Positions 9,317 to 17,640 of a DNA stretch of 34,845 nucleotides are shown here, in pieces. Source of the DNA: Eubacteriales bacterium (GTDB lineage Bacteria; Bacillota; Clostridia; Oscillospirales; CAG-272); the NCBI GenBank assembly GCA_045657645.1, contig JAZOTL010000014.1, forward strand, positions 1 through 34,845. The letters are read 5' to 3'. How positions within the stretch are numbered: the first letter of the stretch is position 1; every line of letters begins with the position of its first letter. The translations under genes and the position numbers were made by a program. The notes below the pieces were generated by a model. The model worked only from the letters and a program-made list of their open reading frames with translations. It did not search any database and was not told the DNA's origin.

Positions 9317-9347
9317 GTCACAAAGCAAATATTTGGAGGATAGATAA

Positions 9348-9734
9348 ATGTATTGCAGAAATTGCGGAAAAGAACTTAACGATAATCAGGCTATATGCCT
9401 TTCCTGCGGTGTGAAGACTGGTGATGGTAACGCTTTTTGCGATAATTGCGGAAATCCCGTTTCCCCTGATGCATCTGTATGTCTAAATTGCGGCGTTTCT
9501 CTTAAAAATGCTGCAGCTAATGACCTTGCAGGTAAGGATAAGGTTACCATAGCTCTCCTGTGCTTCTTCCTTGGCGGCATTGGAATTCACAACTTTGTGA
9601 TGGGCGAAACCAAGAAGGGCGTATTCAGGATAATTGCAAGCTTGTGCTGCGGTATCGGTAGTATATTCGCTCTTATTGATTTTGTTAAGATACTTATGGA
9701 TAAGTACGTTGTTGACCCCGATAAGCTTATCTGA
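9348..9734 (+). CDS. Double zinc-ribbon plus TM2 domain protein
   Basis: Four CxxC motifs, then the TM2 motif ALLCFFLGGIGIHNFVMG. Confidence 0.88.
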   Translation: MYCRNCGKELNDNQAICLSCGVKTGDGNAFCDNCGNPVSPDASVCLNCGVSLKNAAANDLAGKDKVTIALLCFFLGGIGIHNFVMGETKKGVFRIIASLCCGIGSIFALIDFVKILMDKYVVDPDKLI

Positions 9735-9800
9735 TAGAATTGCAACACAGGCAAGCCGCAAGGCTTGCCTATTATATAATTTAAGTAAGGAGATGATGTT

Positions 9801-10145
9801 ATGCCGTTTTGTTCTCATTGCGGAAATGAAATTAGTGAAAAGGCGGTAGTTTGCGTTAAATGCGGATGTGCTGTTAATAACAAGCTGAACAATAATTCAG
9901 GACTTAAGGATAGAGGCGGTTTTGGTTGGGGCTTGCTTGGTTTTATGGTTCCCATTGCCGGTTTGATCCTTTGGCTTTTGTGGAGAGATACCTCTCCCCG
10001 AAATGCAAGAAGTGCAGGTATAGGAGCTTTGGTGCAAACAATTCTGAGCGTGGTATTTGTTATACTGTATTTCGTGTTTATCTTCATACTGATTGGAATA
10101 GGCACTTCTTCCGTAGCTTCATCGAGTGTGGGAGTAATGATATAA
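9801..10145 (+). CDS. Zinc-ribbon membrane protein
   Basis: FCSHCG..VCVKCG, then GWGLLGFMVPIAGLILWLLW and a second TM helix. Confidence 0.82.
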   Translation: MPFCSHCGNEISEKAVVCVKCGCAVNNKLNNNSGLKDRGGFGWGLLGFMVPIAGLILWLLWRDTSPRNARSAGIGALVQTILSVVFVILYFVFIFILIGIGTSSVASSSVGVMI

Positions 10146-10146
10146 C

Positions 10147-10184
10147 AAAAAAGCTTCAGCTTTTAAACAAGCTGAAGCTTTTTT
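10147..10184. terminator. Bidirectional intrinsic terminator (ends the lic operon)
   Basis: AAAAAAGCTTCAGCTT-loop-AAGCTGAAGCTTTTTT. Confidence 0.85.
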
Positions 10185-10198
10185 ATTATATTAAGTTA

Positions 10199-11143
10199 TT
10201 ATTTGCGGCGGCTGATTATTTCTTTAAAGTCTGCCGCTGCAAATATACCGCATACAAGAACTACTATAGCACAGAGTATTGTAAGGGGAGAAAGAACGCT
10301 TGTGTCACGGAGTATAATAACCGTAAATGCTATAGCCCAGGCAGAGTATGTAACGTTAAGTGCCATAGCCTTTGATGCGCCTATCTGTGCGATAGCCTTG
10401 TAATAGAAGAGGTAGGATACGGTTGCAAAGAGTGCCGCAATAACTATTGTGGGTAAAAGCCAAGTGGTGCCGCCTGTGAAAAGACTTGCGGTAAAGCCCC
10501 AAGCCTTGAGGGCAGGGAGAATAATAATACCGTAGGTAAGGGCGGATGTGGTTTGGCGTATCTGGAGAGCGTATTCGTCGGTAACCTCGGGGTCCTTTAA
10601 GCATTTTGCAAGGATAACCGCTTCAATGCCCCAGCCAAAGGAGCACATAAGAGCGCCTGCAAGACCGAGCCAGAAGTTTTGAATTTCAAGATTGGGGGAG
10701 TAGCTTAAGCCGTACACACCAAGCAGGGTAAGTACAAGGAATATCCACTGGTGCCACTTCATCTTTTCTTTAAGGAAGATGTAAGCAAGCAAACTGCCTA
10801 TTGCGGGGAATATGGCACTTGCAACAGCGCCTATGGATGCGCCCATATAGTTTACTGCCATAACGTAGCCGGTCATACCGATAGGGCCGCCTATAACTGC
10901 GGCAAGCACTACCCATTTACCGCTTTTTGTTTTAAAAGCCTTCCATACGTTGCCAAGGTTGCCTCTTACACCGTTGTAGATAAAAGACCATACAGCGGAG
11001 CAAGCATCGTGCAGGAAGGTGGAAACAAAGGGAGCGAGGAACACTGCCTGCTCTGTGGAAACAAAGGGTGACATACCGAGGGCTATACCTAAAATTACGG
11101 TTTCAAGAGCCCAGGTTATACCTGCAATAATACCGGGAAACAT
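10199..11143 (-). CDS. licB: LicB-like choline transporter (DMT/EamA superfamily)
   Basis: About 10 TM segments, a PFVSTFLHD motif similar to pneumococcal LicB, and position next to licA/licC. Confidence 0.8.
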   Translation of the reverse strand: MFPGIIAGITWALETVILGIALGMSPFVSTEQAVFLAPFVSTFLHDACSAVWSFIYNGVRGNLGNVWKAFKTKSGKWVVLAAVIGGPIGMTGYVMAVNYMGASIGAVASAIFPAIGSLLAYIFLKEKMKWHQWIFLVLTLLGVYGLSYSPNLEIQNFWLGLAGALMCSFGWGIEAVILAKCLKDPEVTDEYALQIRQTTSALTYGIIILPALKAWGFTASLFTGGTTWLLPTIVIAALFATVSYLFYYKAIAQIGASKAMALNVTYSAWAIAFTVIILRDTSVLSPLTILCAIVVLVCGIFAAADFKEIISRRK

Positions 11144-12052
11144 TTATTTTACCTCCTTTAGAGCCTCAAAGGCTTTTATATTATCCTTCATACGTTCGTA
11201 GCGTTCAACAGCCCAATCCTCCATAGGCTGGCCGTCATAGGGAACTCTTGCTTTGGCCCACAGTGTCCAAAGAAAGTCTACGTATATCTTGCTTGCAAGA
11301 AAATGCTTCATATTTAAAACATCGGGTTCCTTGTCAAGGTACTCTGTTAAAAGCAGCTTATCATAAGCCTCATTAAAGTTTGCTTCAATGGATATATCGG
11401 CAACGTCCCACATACCGTCGTTCATGCCGGCATATTCCCAGTCTATAAGATACATTCTGCCGTTACCCTCTACCCAATTTTCACACACGGGATCGTTGTG
11501 GCAGGGAACCTTGGGAGCGTTAACCTCACGGTCTATGAGCCCCTTTATTTCCATAACCTTTTGCTTGTTTTCGGCATAGTCCTCAAACATAGGCACGTTC
11601 ATATCATTTATTATCTTTTCATAGCCTGCTGCCATATCAAATACTTCAAAGGGTACTCCCGTATCCTCGCCACTATGGTGCATTACTTTGTAAATCTCGG
11701 CTATCTGCTTTATATGGCGGGGTTCGCAAATAGTATCTGCAGACATTGTAACTGCGTTAGGGATATACTCTGTAACCTTGGCACCGTCGTTTCCAAAGTA
11801 GAGCATCTGGGCATCCACGCCGAGGCGGCAGGCAAGCTCGGTGCTCTTCATTTCATCGCTTCTTACTATAAGCTCTTCGGTGCCCTCTCCCGGAATTCGT
11901 ACCACATATTCCTTGCCGTTTTCAAGGGTTACATGATAAGTATGGTTTGTAAGTCCTCCCATACGTTCGATTTTGGTATAAGAATCTGTTCCGATAACCT
12001 TTTTTAAAAGTTTTTTTATTGGGGAAATATCCTGTTCAAGAACCGCTCTCAT
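11144..12052 (-). CDS. licA: Choline kinase LicA
   Basis: GGLTN, VVRIPGEGT, Brenner motif CHNDPVCEN and LIDWEYAGMND. Confidence 0.88.
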   Translation of the reverse strand: MRAVLEQDISPIKKLLKKVIGTDSYTKIERMGGLTNHTYHVTLENGKEYVVRIPGEGTEELIVRSDEMKSTELACRLGVDAQMLYFGNDGAKVTEYIPNAVTMSADTICEPRHIKQIAEIYKVMHHSGEDTGVPFEVFDMAAGYEKIINDMNVPMFEDYAENKQKVMEIKGLIDREVNAPKVPCHNDPVCENWVEGNGRMYLIDWEYAGMNDGMWDVADISIEANFNEAYDKLLLTEYLDKEPDVLNMKHFLASKIYVDFLWTLWAKARVPYDGQPMEDWAVERYERMKDNIKAFEALKEVK

Positions 12053-12054
12053 TT

Positions 12055-12927
12055 TCAGAGCCTCCTTAATTTTTTGTTTTCGTAATTATATTCGTAGCCA
12101 ATGCCCTTTGCCTTAAAACGCATACCTGCGGCGGCGTTATCCTTATCCTTGTAGGCTGTTACCTCGGTAATATCCTGTTGATTGCAGGAAAGCTCCCTTG
12201 CCACGTTTTCTATAATAAGTGAACGGGTGTCAGTTATATAGCTTTTATCAAACACGCGAAGCTCGTCAAGGGTGTCAAATTCAAAGATAACTTCGTCGGG
12301 GTACTTGCGTATCTTCATTTTAAGCTCGTCAAGATGCTGCATATAAATAGTTTCCCACAGCATATCCGCAGTTTCGGGCAGGTCGTATATATCGGTAAGT
12401 ATTTCTACAAATCTTTTGCTGAAATTTTCATCCCAAAAGGTATGTCCCAGCATATACCATGCGTTTTTACCTCCTACGGTAACGCTGTTTATGTAACCCT
12501 TGGCATCCTCGGTCATACACCATTCCTTTGTGTCACCTTCTGCATAGAGCGCGGCGTAATAGGAGGAGTCTACCCGGCTTTCGAAGGGGTTTTGGGAAAA
12601 GTAGTTGTCGGAGGAGCATATGTAGGTATTGCGCAGATAGTCTTTTACTACATAAATGCTTGCATTGTTGTTTCGGGTAAGATAATCGTTGTTTTCGACT
12701 ATCTTGACACCAAATTTTTCTTCAAGGTAATAGAATTGCTCCTTTTTATAGCCTGCAACTACTATTATTTCATCTATGCCGGCCTCTTTTAACTGCCTTA
12801 TCTGTCTTTCTATAAGCACCTCTCCTTTTACTTCAATAAGTGCCTTTGGGCGCTCGTAGGAGAGGGGGGCAAATCGGCTTGCCGTACCCGCCGCCATTAT
12901 AACGGCGTTGTCTACTTTATAAGCCAT
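12055..12927 (-). CDS. licC: CTP:phosphocholine cytidylyltransferase LicC with a C-terminal extension
   Basis: AVIMAAGTASRFAPLSYERPKALIEVKGEVLIERQI, YLTRNN, SSDNYF and EFDTLDEL motifs. Confidence 0.88.
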   Translation of the reverse strand: MAYKVDNAVIMAAGTASRFAPLSYERPKALIEVKGEVLIERQIRQLKEAGIDEIIVVAGYKKEQFYYLEEKFGVKIVENNDYLTRNNNASIYVVKDYLRNTYICSSDNYFSQNPFESRVDSSYYAALYAEGDTKEWCMTEDAKGYINSVTVGGKNAWYMLGHTFWDENFSKRFVEILTDIYDLPETADMLWETIYMQHLDELKMKIRKYPDEVIFEFDTLDELRVFDKSYITDTRSLIIENVARELSCNQQDITEVTAYKDKDNAAAGMRFKAKGIGYEYNYENKKLRRL

Positions 12928-12945
12928 TTTATTTTCTCCATTTTA

Positions 12946-15705
12946 TCAGGGTGCTTTGTGTTGGCTTAATGCAACCTTGTTTGTGTAGTAGGTTATGTTG
13001 TTTTTATCCCAAATGTTATTCTTAATGCCTAACCAAGGAGAAGGGAGGAAGGTGTTTTTGTTGTTCTCCTCTACGTCCCATTGATGAGAAAGAATTATAA
13101 ATTGGTCGTGGGCTGTTTTTTCGCTGTTATTTATTGCTTTACCGGTAAAGGGGTTGGTGGGATTTTCTATAATATCCTTTGTGGCAAGGGTAGGTACGTC
13201 AGCACTTGTCATAAACTCGTTTGAGGTAGTAAAGCCCGTGCTGTTGAAATCCTTAACCATAAGCAGAGGGAAGTAGCGCTCCATACTTATACCGGAATCC
13301 AGCGTTAATTCGTTTATCTGGAAAAGGTCGGTTCCGTGGTCGGAGGCAATGATTATTCTTGTGTTATCATAAACCCCGTTTTCACGCAGATAGTCAAAGT
13401 ATTTACCAAGCTGTATAAGTGCCGCCGCATTGCTTTGGTAATGTACTACGTGGTAATCCTGGGTAATCTCTATTCTATTACCTTCTGCCGTTGTTTTGTA
13501 AAGGTTGTTTGCGTCAAACGCCGTATTATCAACCACAACCTCGGGGGTATAATCGGGGGCCTGTAAAAGCATAGGCTCGTGGGTAGTATCGTTTGCTATA
13601 AACAGATAGGTGCTTTCCTTGTCCTCGGTTATCTTTGTTATATCGGGCAGGTTAAGAAGCACGTTGTATGGGTCCATAAAGTCTTTGCTTAAGCCCTTTG
13701 CGGTAGATAGGCTGTCCCTTGTTTGGGTAGAGTAGTTTATCTCTTTGGGCGAGAAGGAACGATGATAATTACCGTTATTGTATATGGTGCTCTGCAGGCA
13801 AAGGGGCATAGTCTTCATTATTCCAAAGCAGAAGAAATTGCGGTGGTTGTTGACTATTGCCTGTTCCTTTGAGGCGGGGTCACTAAACAATCCCTTTGTT
13901 ATGTAAGTGTCTATCTCGGGATAATCATCAAAGATCGTAAGGTCGGGTATCCACTCATAGTTAGCATAGGGCGGGTCACATACGGTAACGTCATATCCGG
14001 CATCCGAAAAGATGGCAGGCATAAGCTTAAGCGCCTCGTTGTGCTTTGAAACAAGGGACTGTGAATCTCTTTTATTCATTTCAACAGGGGTATATTCGTA
14101 GCCGCCTAAAAGACCGGGAACGCCAAAGTTTGTATAACCGCCATGAGAAATGGTGTTGGAATAGTAGGTAAAGCCGTCAAATTGCTCTTTAAGTTCCGGC
14201 TTTTCATTAAAAATGTAAGGAACGTAATGGCCAAGACCACGATCCAGCATTATAACCATTACATTGTTAGCGTTTTTATCCAGATTAAATTCCGGAGCTT
14301 TTGCGGGGGGAGCACTTGATATTTCATCTACCGATTTTTTAATGGTAAACATATTCACTGCAGACATAGCTCCCAGAGCTATTACCGCTACAGTTAATAT
14401 AGCTGTGCAAGCCCGGTTCCATTTGGATATAATAAAGTACAATACTGCAGCAAGTGCAAAGAGTGCCAATATATTGATAAGCTGCTGTGTAAGGGTAAAG
14501 TACACTCCGCGCTCGTACTGCAGATTGGATGAGATAATACCAAGATCTGTGCCAAAGAACATATAGTTTACAAGCATTGCTCCGCACAGTATCCAAGCGG
14601 CCTTTTCAAATATCACCTTGCCCTTTGGTGTGGCAAGCCAGTAGAACACTCTGAACCATACAAGGAAGGTTCCTGCCGCTAAAGCTGCGGTGCTTACTAT
14701 ATACCACAGAGGATTGTGGAAATAGGTTATATCCACGTATTCCTTCGGGGATGCGGAAATAAATACAGAGGGGATAAGAAGTCCTACAAGTATGGTAAGG
14801 AAAAGGCTTGCAAGGAAGAAGAGCTTTTTGTTGGGGGTAGCTTCTTTTATAGCTGTAGAGGTATTCTTCTTTTTAATAAGGAACGTAACAACAAAGGGGA
14901 TTAAGAGAATAACGCCTATACCGCAAATAAAAAGCTTTTTCTTTAGTGAGGGTGTTGTGTATACAAATCCACCGAAAGCCACAAAGCCTATTCCCAAAAG
15001 TGCGGTAAGTATACTAAGTACCTTTCCGGGGTTCTTTATCTTATAGAATATTGTTTTTACAAGGGAGAATAGGTTGTTAAGTGTCCAGTAGAATACAAGT
15101 CCTGCAGGGGATGTGTAAAGGAACACAAGGAAGAACAGCGCCATTCCGTAAAGCTGTATTTTTGTTTTTAAGGGAAAGCCCTTAAGATAAAGCGCGCTTG
15201 ATATAACGTTTATCAAGGTCATAATAACGGGCAGCAGGTTTATGGCAACAGAGCCTATAACAAGCATACCGTCGGGGGCGCCAAGGTCCTTTATAGGCCC
15301 CAGTGAAACGCCATTTAAAAGGTCAAGGTTAGATAAGAACTGGTACGCCGCCATAAAGAAGGGTATTTCCAAAAGCAGAGATACCGACCCCTTTAAGGCA
15401 TCTGTTGGCTTGTAATTGTTCTGGCGATAGTAGGTCTGCATTATCATCATCTTTTCGTCGCCCGAAAAGACCTTTTTGATGTGGGATACACCCTTTTGCA
15501 GTCTTGCCTCGTTATCACGGCTTTCCTCCTGCATTGCGTCTGCTCTTTTATAAAGGGGCAATACAAGGATGTTCATTATAAGGCTTAAAAATATTATGGA
15601 TAATCCGGGATGCCCTACAAAGCTGTTGGCTAACTGAAAGATTATTTCAAATAACAGCTTAAGGGGCCCAATAAATATTTTTCCAAGTATATTGAAAAAC
15701 GACAT
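12946..15705 (-). CDS. Fusion of a YidC/Oxa1-like membrane domain, a multi-TM region and an extracellular alkaline-phosphatase-superfamily (LtaS/EptA-like) phosphotransferase domain
   Basis: aa 1-~220 are YidC-like (ILVLPL, coiled coil, LLEIPFF, GLVFYWTLNNLFS). About 7 more TM segments follow. The C-terminal domain has VIMLDR, GGYT(525)NFG, TTHEP and IIIASDHG. Confidence 0.85.
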   Translation of the reverse strand: MSFFNILGKIFIGPLKLLFEIIFQLANSFVGHPGLSIIFLSLIMNILVLPLYKRADAMQEESRDNEARLQKGVSHIKKVFSGDEKMMIMQTYYRQNNYKPTDALKGSVSLLLEIPFFMAAYQFLSNLDLLNGVSLGPIKDLGAPDGMLVIGSVAINLLPVIMTLINVISSALYLKGFPLKTKIQLYGMALFFLVFLYTSPAGLVFYWTLNNLFSLVKTIFYKIKNPGKVLSILTALLGIGFVAFGGFVYTTPSLKKKLFICGIGVILLIPFVVTFLIKKKNTSTAIKEATPNKKLFFLASLFLTILVGLLIPSVFISASPKEYVDITYFHNPLWYIVSTAALAAGTFLVWFRVFYWLATPKGKVIFEKAAWILCGAMLVNYMFFGTDLGIISSNLQYERGVYFTLTQQLINILALFALAAVLYFIISKWNRACTAILTVAVIALGAMSAVNMFTIKKSVDEISSAPPAKAPEFNLDKNANNVMVIMLDRGLGHYVPYIFNEKPELKEQFDGFTYYSNTISHGGYTNFGVPGLLGGYEYTPVEMNKRDSQSLVSKHNEALKLMPAIFSDAGYDVTVCDPPYANYEWIPDLTIFDDYPEIDTYITKGLFSDPASKEQAIVNNHRNFFCFGIMKTMPLCLQSTIYNNGNYHRSFSPKEINYSTQTRDSLSTAKGLSKDFMDPYNVLLNLPDITKITEDKESTYLFIANDTTHEPMLLQAPDYTPEVVVDNTAFDANNLYKTTAEGNRIEITQDYHVVHYQSNAAALIQLGKYFDYLRENGVYDNTRIIIASDHGTDLFQINELTLDSGISMERYFPLLMVKDFNSTGFTTSNEFMTSADVPTLATKDIIENPTNPFTGKAINNSEKTAHDQFIILSHQWDVEENNKNTFLPSPWLGIKNNIWDKNNITYYTNKVALSQHKAP

Positions 15706-15706
15706 T

Positions 15707-16942
15707 TTATCTTCCTTCTTCGGTTTTACTTAATTCGGATAATTTTTCAAGCAGGTAATTTACGGCAAGTTCTGCTCCCTTACCGCAGTGCTCCCAGGTT
15801 TCTTCCTTTACTTCCCGGCGCCCTTCGGCATATTTGGGGTCAAGTATGCAGGTGTCTATCAGCTCCTTGAGATTTTCCATATTCTCGTTTGTAAGCTGTG
15901 CTCCAAGGCGTGGCAGGGCAGAGGCCGTCCACAAGGGGGTGTCAAGCCACCAAGCGTCGTAAAGGCTTAAATCAAAATCGGGATTGGTGTATATTACGGG
16001 CTTATCGTATATAAGTGTAAAATCAAATATAACGCCGGAAAAGTCTGAAATAAGTATATCACTGCGGCGCAATACTTCAAAGTTATCGGTATCTCTGTTC
16101 CATTCAAGCTGACTTGAGGGGGGATACTTTTTCATAAGGGAATCCATCAGTTCTTTTTCAGAGGCGAAGGATTGGGGGTGGGGACGCACGATGATGTGAT
16201 AGCCTGTTTTTAAAAGCACCTCTATTATCTTTTCGCCGTATACCGAAAAGATAGCGCTGCTGCCCCAGGAGGGGGCAAGGAGCACGGTGCGGGGATGTTC
16301 GGGTGCGGGACCTGTTTCAGCAAGCCTTGCAGCCATTTCATCCATATAGGGTATACCTATCTTTACAAGCTCCTTTTCGGTGAGGCCGCGGAGCTTTTCA
16401 AGATTTCTTATATCATTTGCCTGGTACTGACCTGAAAGCAAAATGGCGTCATAGTAATCAATACCGAACATTCTGTAAAGGATTATTTCACTTGCCGCGT
16501 GGGGTATATGTACGTAAAAATCTACCTCTTTTGAGCGTTTCCATTGGTAAACGTCAAGGCCGGGCGTTGTGGATAGAACCACCGAAGCGTTAAGGAAGTT
16601 AAGACGGGTGTACACCTTGTTGCCGCTGCCGGGGTATTCTGCTTTTATATGGGGATAGGGGTTGTTAAGTGCAGGGTCGTCGGGAGAGGCTGTAATGTAG
16701 AGTACGTCCTTTCCGCGCTTGTCAAGCTCACGGCATATAGGTTCAAAAACCGACCAATAACGCTTGTTATCCGAAAATATCACAAGGGGGAGCTTTTTGT
16801 TGTTTGCCTGCACCTTGCCGCCGCTTAATCTGAAACGGAGTTTGATTACAAGCATACGCAGGGAATAAAAGGCTGCGCCTATAACTCCTATTAAAATTGT
16901 AAATAGCATACTTCCCGTGCCGGGATCAATATACAGTTTCAT
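15707..16942 (-). CDS. TagF/TagB-family CDP-glycerol:glycerophosphotransferase-like enzyme with an N-terminal YIDPGTGS-TM segment
   Basis: GIPYMD, LLAPSW, VRPHP, SDILISDFSGVIFDF and KPVIY motifs. Confidence 0.88.
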   Translation of the reverse strand: MKLYIDPGTGSMLFTILIGVIGAAFYSLRMLVIKLRFRLSGGKVQANNKKLPLVIFSDNKRYWSVFEPICRELDKRGKDVLYITASPDDPALNNPYPHIKAEYPGSGNKVYTRLNFLNASVVLSTTPGLDVYQWKRSKEVDFYVHIPHAASEIILYRMFGIDYYDAILLSGQYQANDIRNLEKLRGLTEKELVKIGIPYMDEMAARLAETGPAPEHPRTVLLAPSWGSSAIFSVYGEKIIEVLLKTGYHIIVRPHPQSFASEKELMDSLMKKYPPSSQLEWNRDTDNFEVLRRSDILISDFSGVIFDFTLIYDKPVIYTNPDFDLSLYDAWWLDTPLWTASALPRLGAQLTNENMENLKELIDTCILDPKYAEGRREVKEETWEHCGKGAELAVNYLLEKLSELSKTEEGR

Positions 16943-17598
16943 TTACTGTTCTCCTTGTTTTTAATGCAAAGGCTTATAGCACAAAGCAGGTATATGATAA
17001 CCAGTGGCCATAGCCACAAGCTACCTGTGCTAAAGCTTGAGGTTAGGTTTGTAAAAATGTGTGCCAAAATACAGGGTAGTATGCTGCCTATCCTTAGTGT
17101 AAGGGCGGCATAGAACAGCCCTGCGGCAAATGCCCACACTACCTGCATAAGGGTGGATTGTATACCAAGCTCCCCTATGTTTGCAAGGTGGATAAGGGCA
17201 AACAATGTACTTGAAAGCACAATTCCCATATCCCTTCCCTTTGTTGAGAGAAAGCTTAATAAAAATCCCCTGAATAAAAGCTCCTCTGCCACGGCTGCAA
17301 CGGAAAGCAAGATAAGCGTAGAGAAACTTGGCCTTATTTCTTGGGCCGAAATTAAATTGAAAAGCGTGGGGAGAAATAAGGGTAAAATAAACAGGTATAT
17401 AATAGGGTTAGTTGCTTTGGGTAAATTCAGGTATGCATTGCTTCTGCGCCCTGTTTTAAATATCCATATGATAAGTATGCCAATGAAAACAATCATAAAA
17501 ACAGGTGTTATCCATAGGCATTTTGCAAGTTTTGAAAAGGCTTGGCACAGGGTGTATAGCATACCGTAGGCTAAAACCCATATAAAAGCATACAGCAT
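16939..17598 (-). CDS. CPBP (CAAX/Abi) family intramembrane glutamic protease
   Basis: EELLFRG, FALIH and ILAHIFTN motifs. Overlaps the TagF-like gene by 4 nt. Confidence 0.9.
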   Translation of the reverse strand: MLYAFIWVLAYGMLYTLCQAFSKLAKCLWITPVFMIVFIGILIIWIFKTGRRSNAYLNLPKATNPIIYLFILPLFLPTLFNLISAQEIRPSFSTLILLSVAAVAEELLFRGFLLSFLSTKGRDMGIVLSSTLFALIHLANIGELGIQSTLMQVVWAFAAGLFYAALTLRIGSILPCILAHIFTNLTSSFSTGSLWLWPLVIIYLLCAISLCIKNKENSK

Positions 17599-17640
17599 TA
17601 TTGCTCCTGTAAAATTGTTTTAGTTTGTATGTCCGATTAA

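Noticed and set aside
12946-15705. Calling the 919-aa protein a plain second YidC, a true sulfatase or a frameshift artefact
   Set aside because: It is one clean ORF, it has no formylglycine motif, the groove Arg is missing, and a canonical yidC exists separately.
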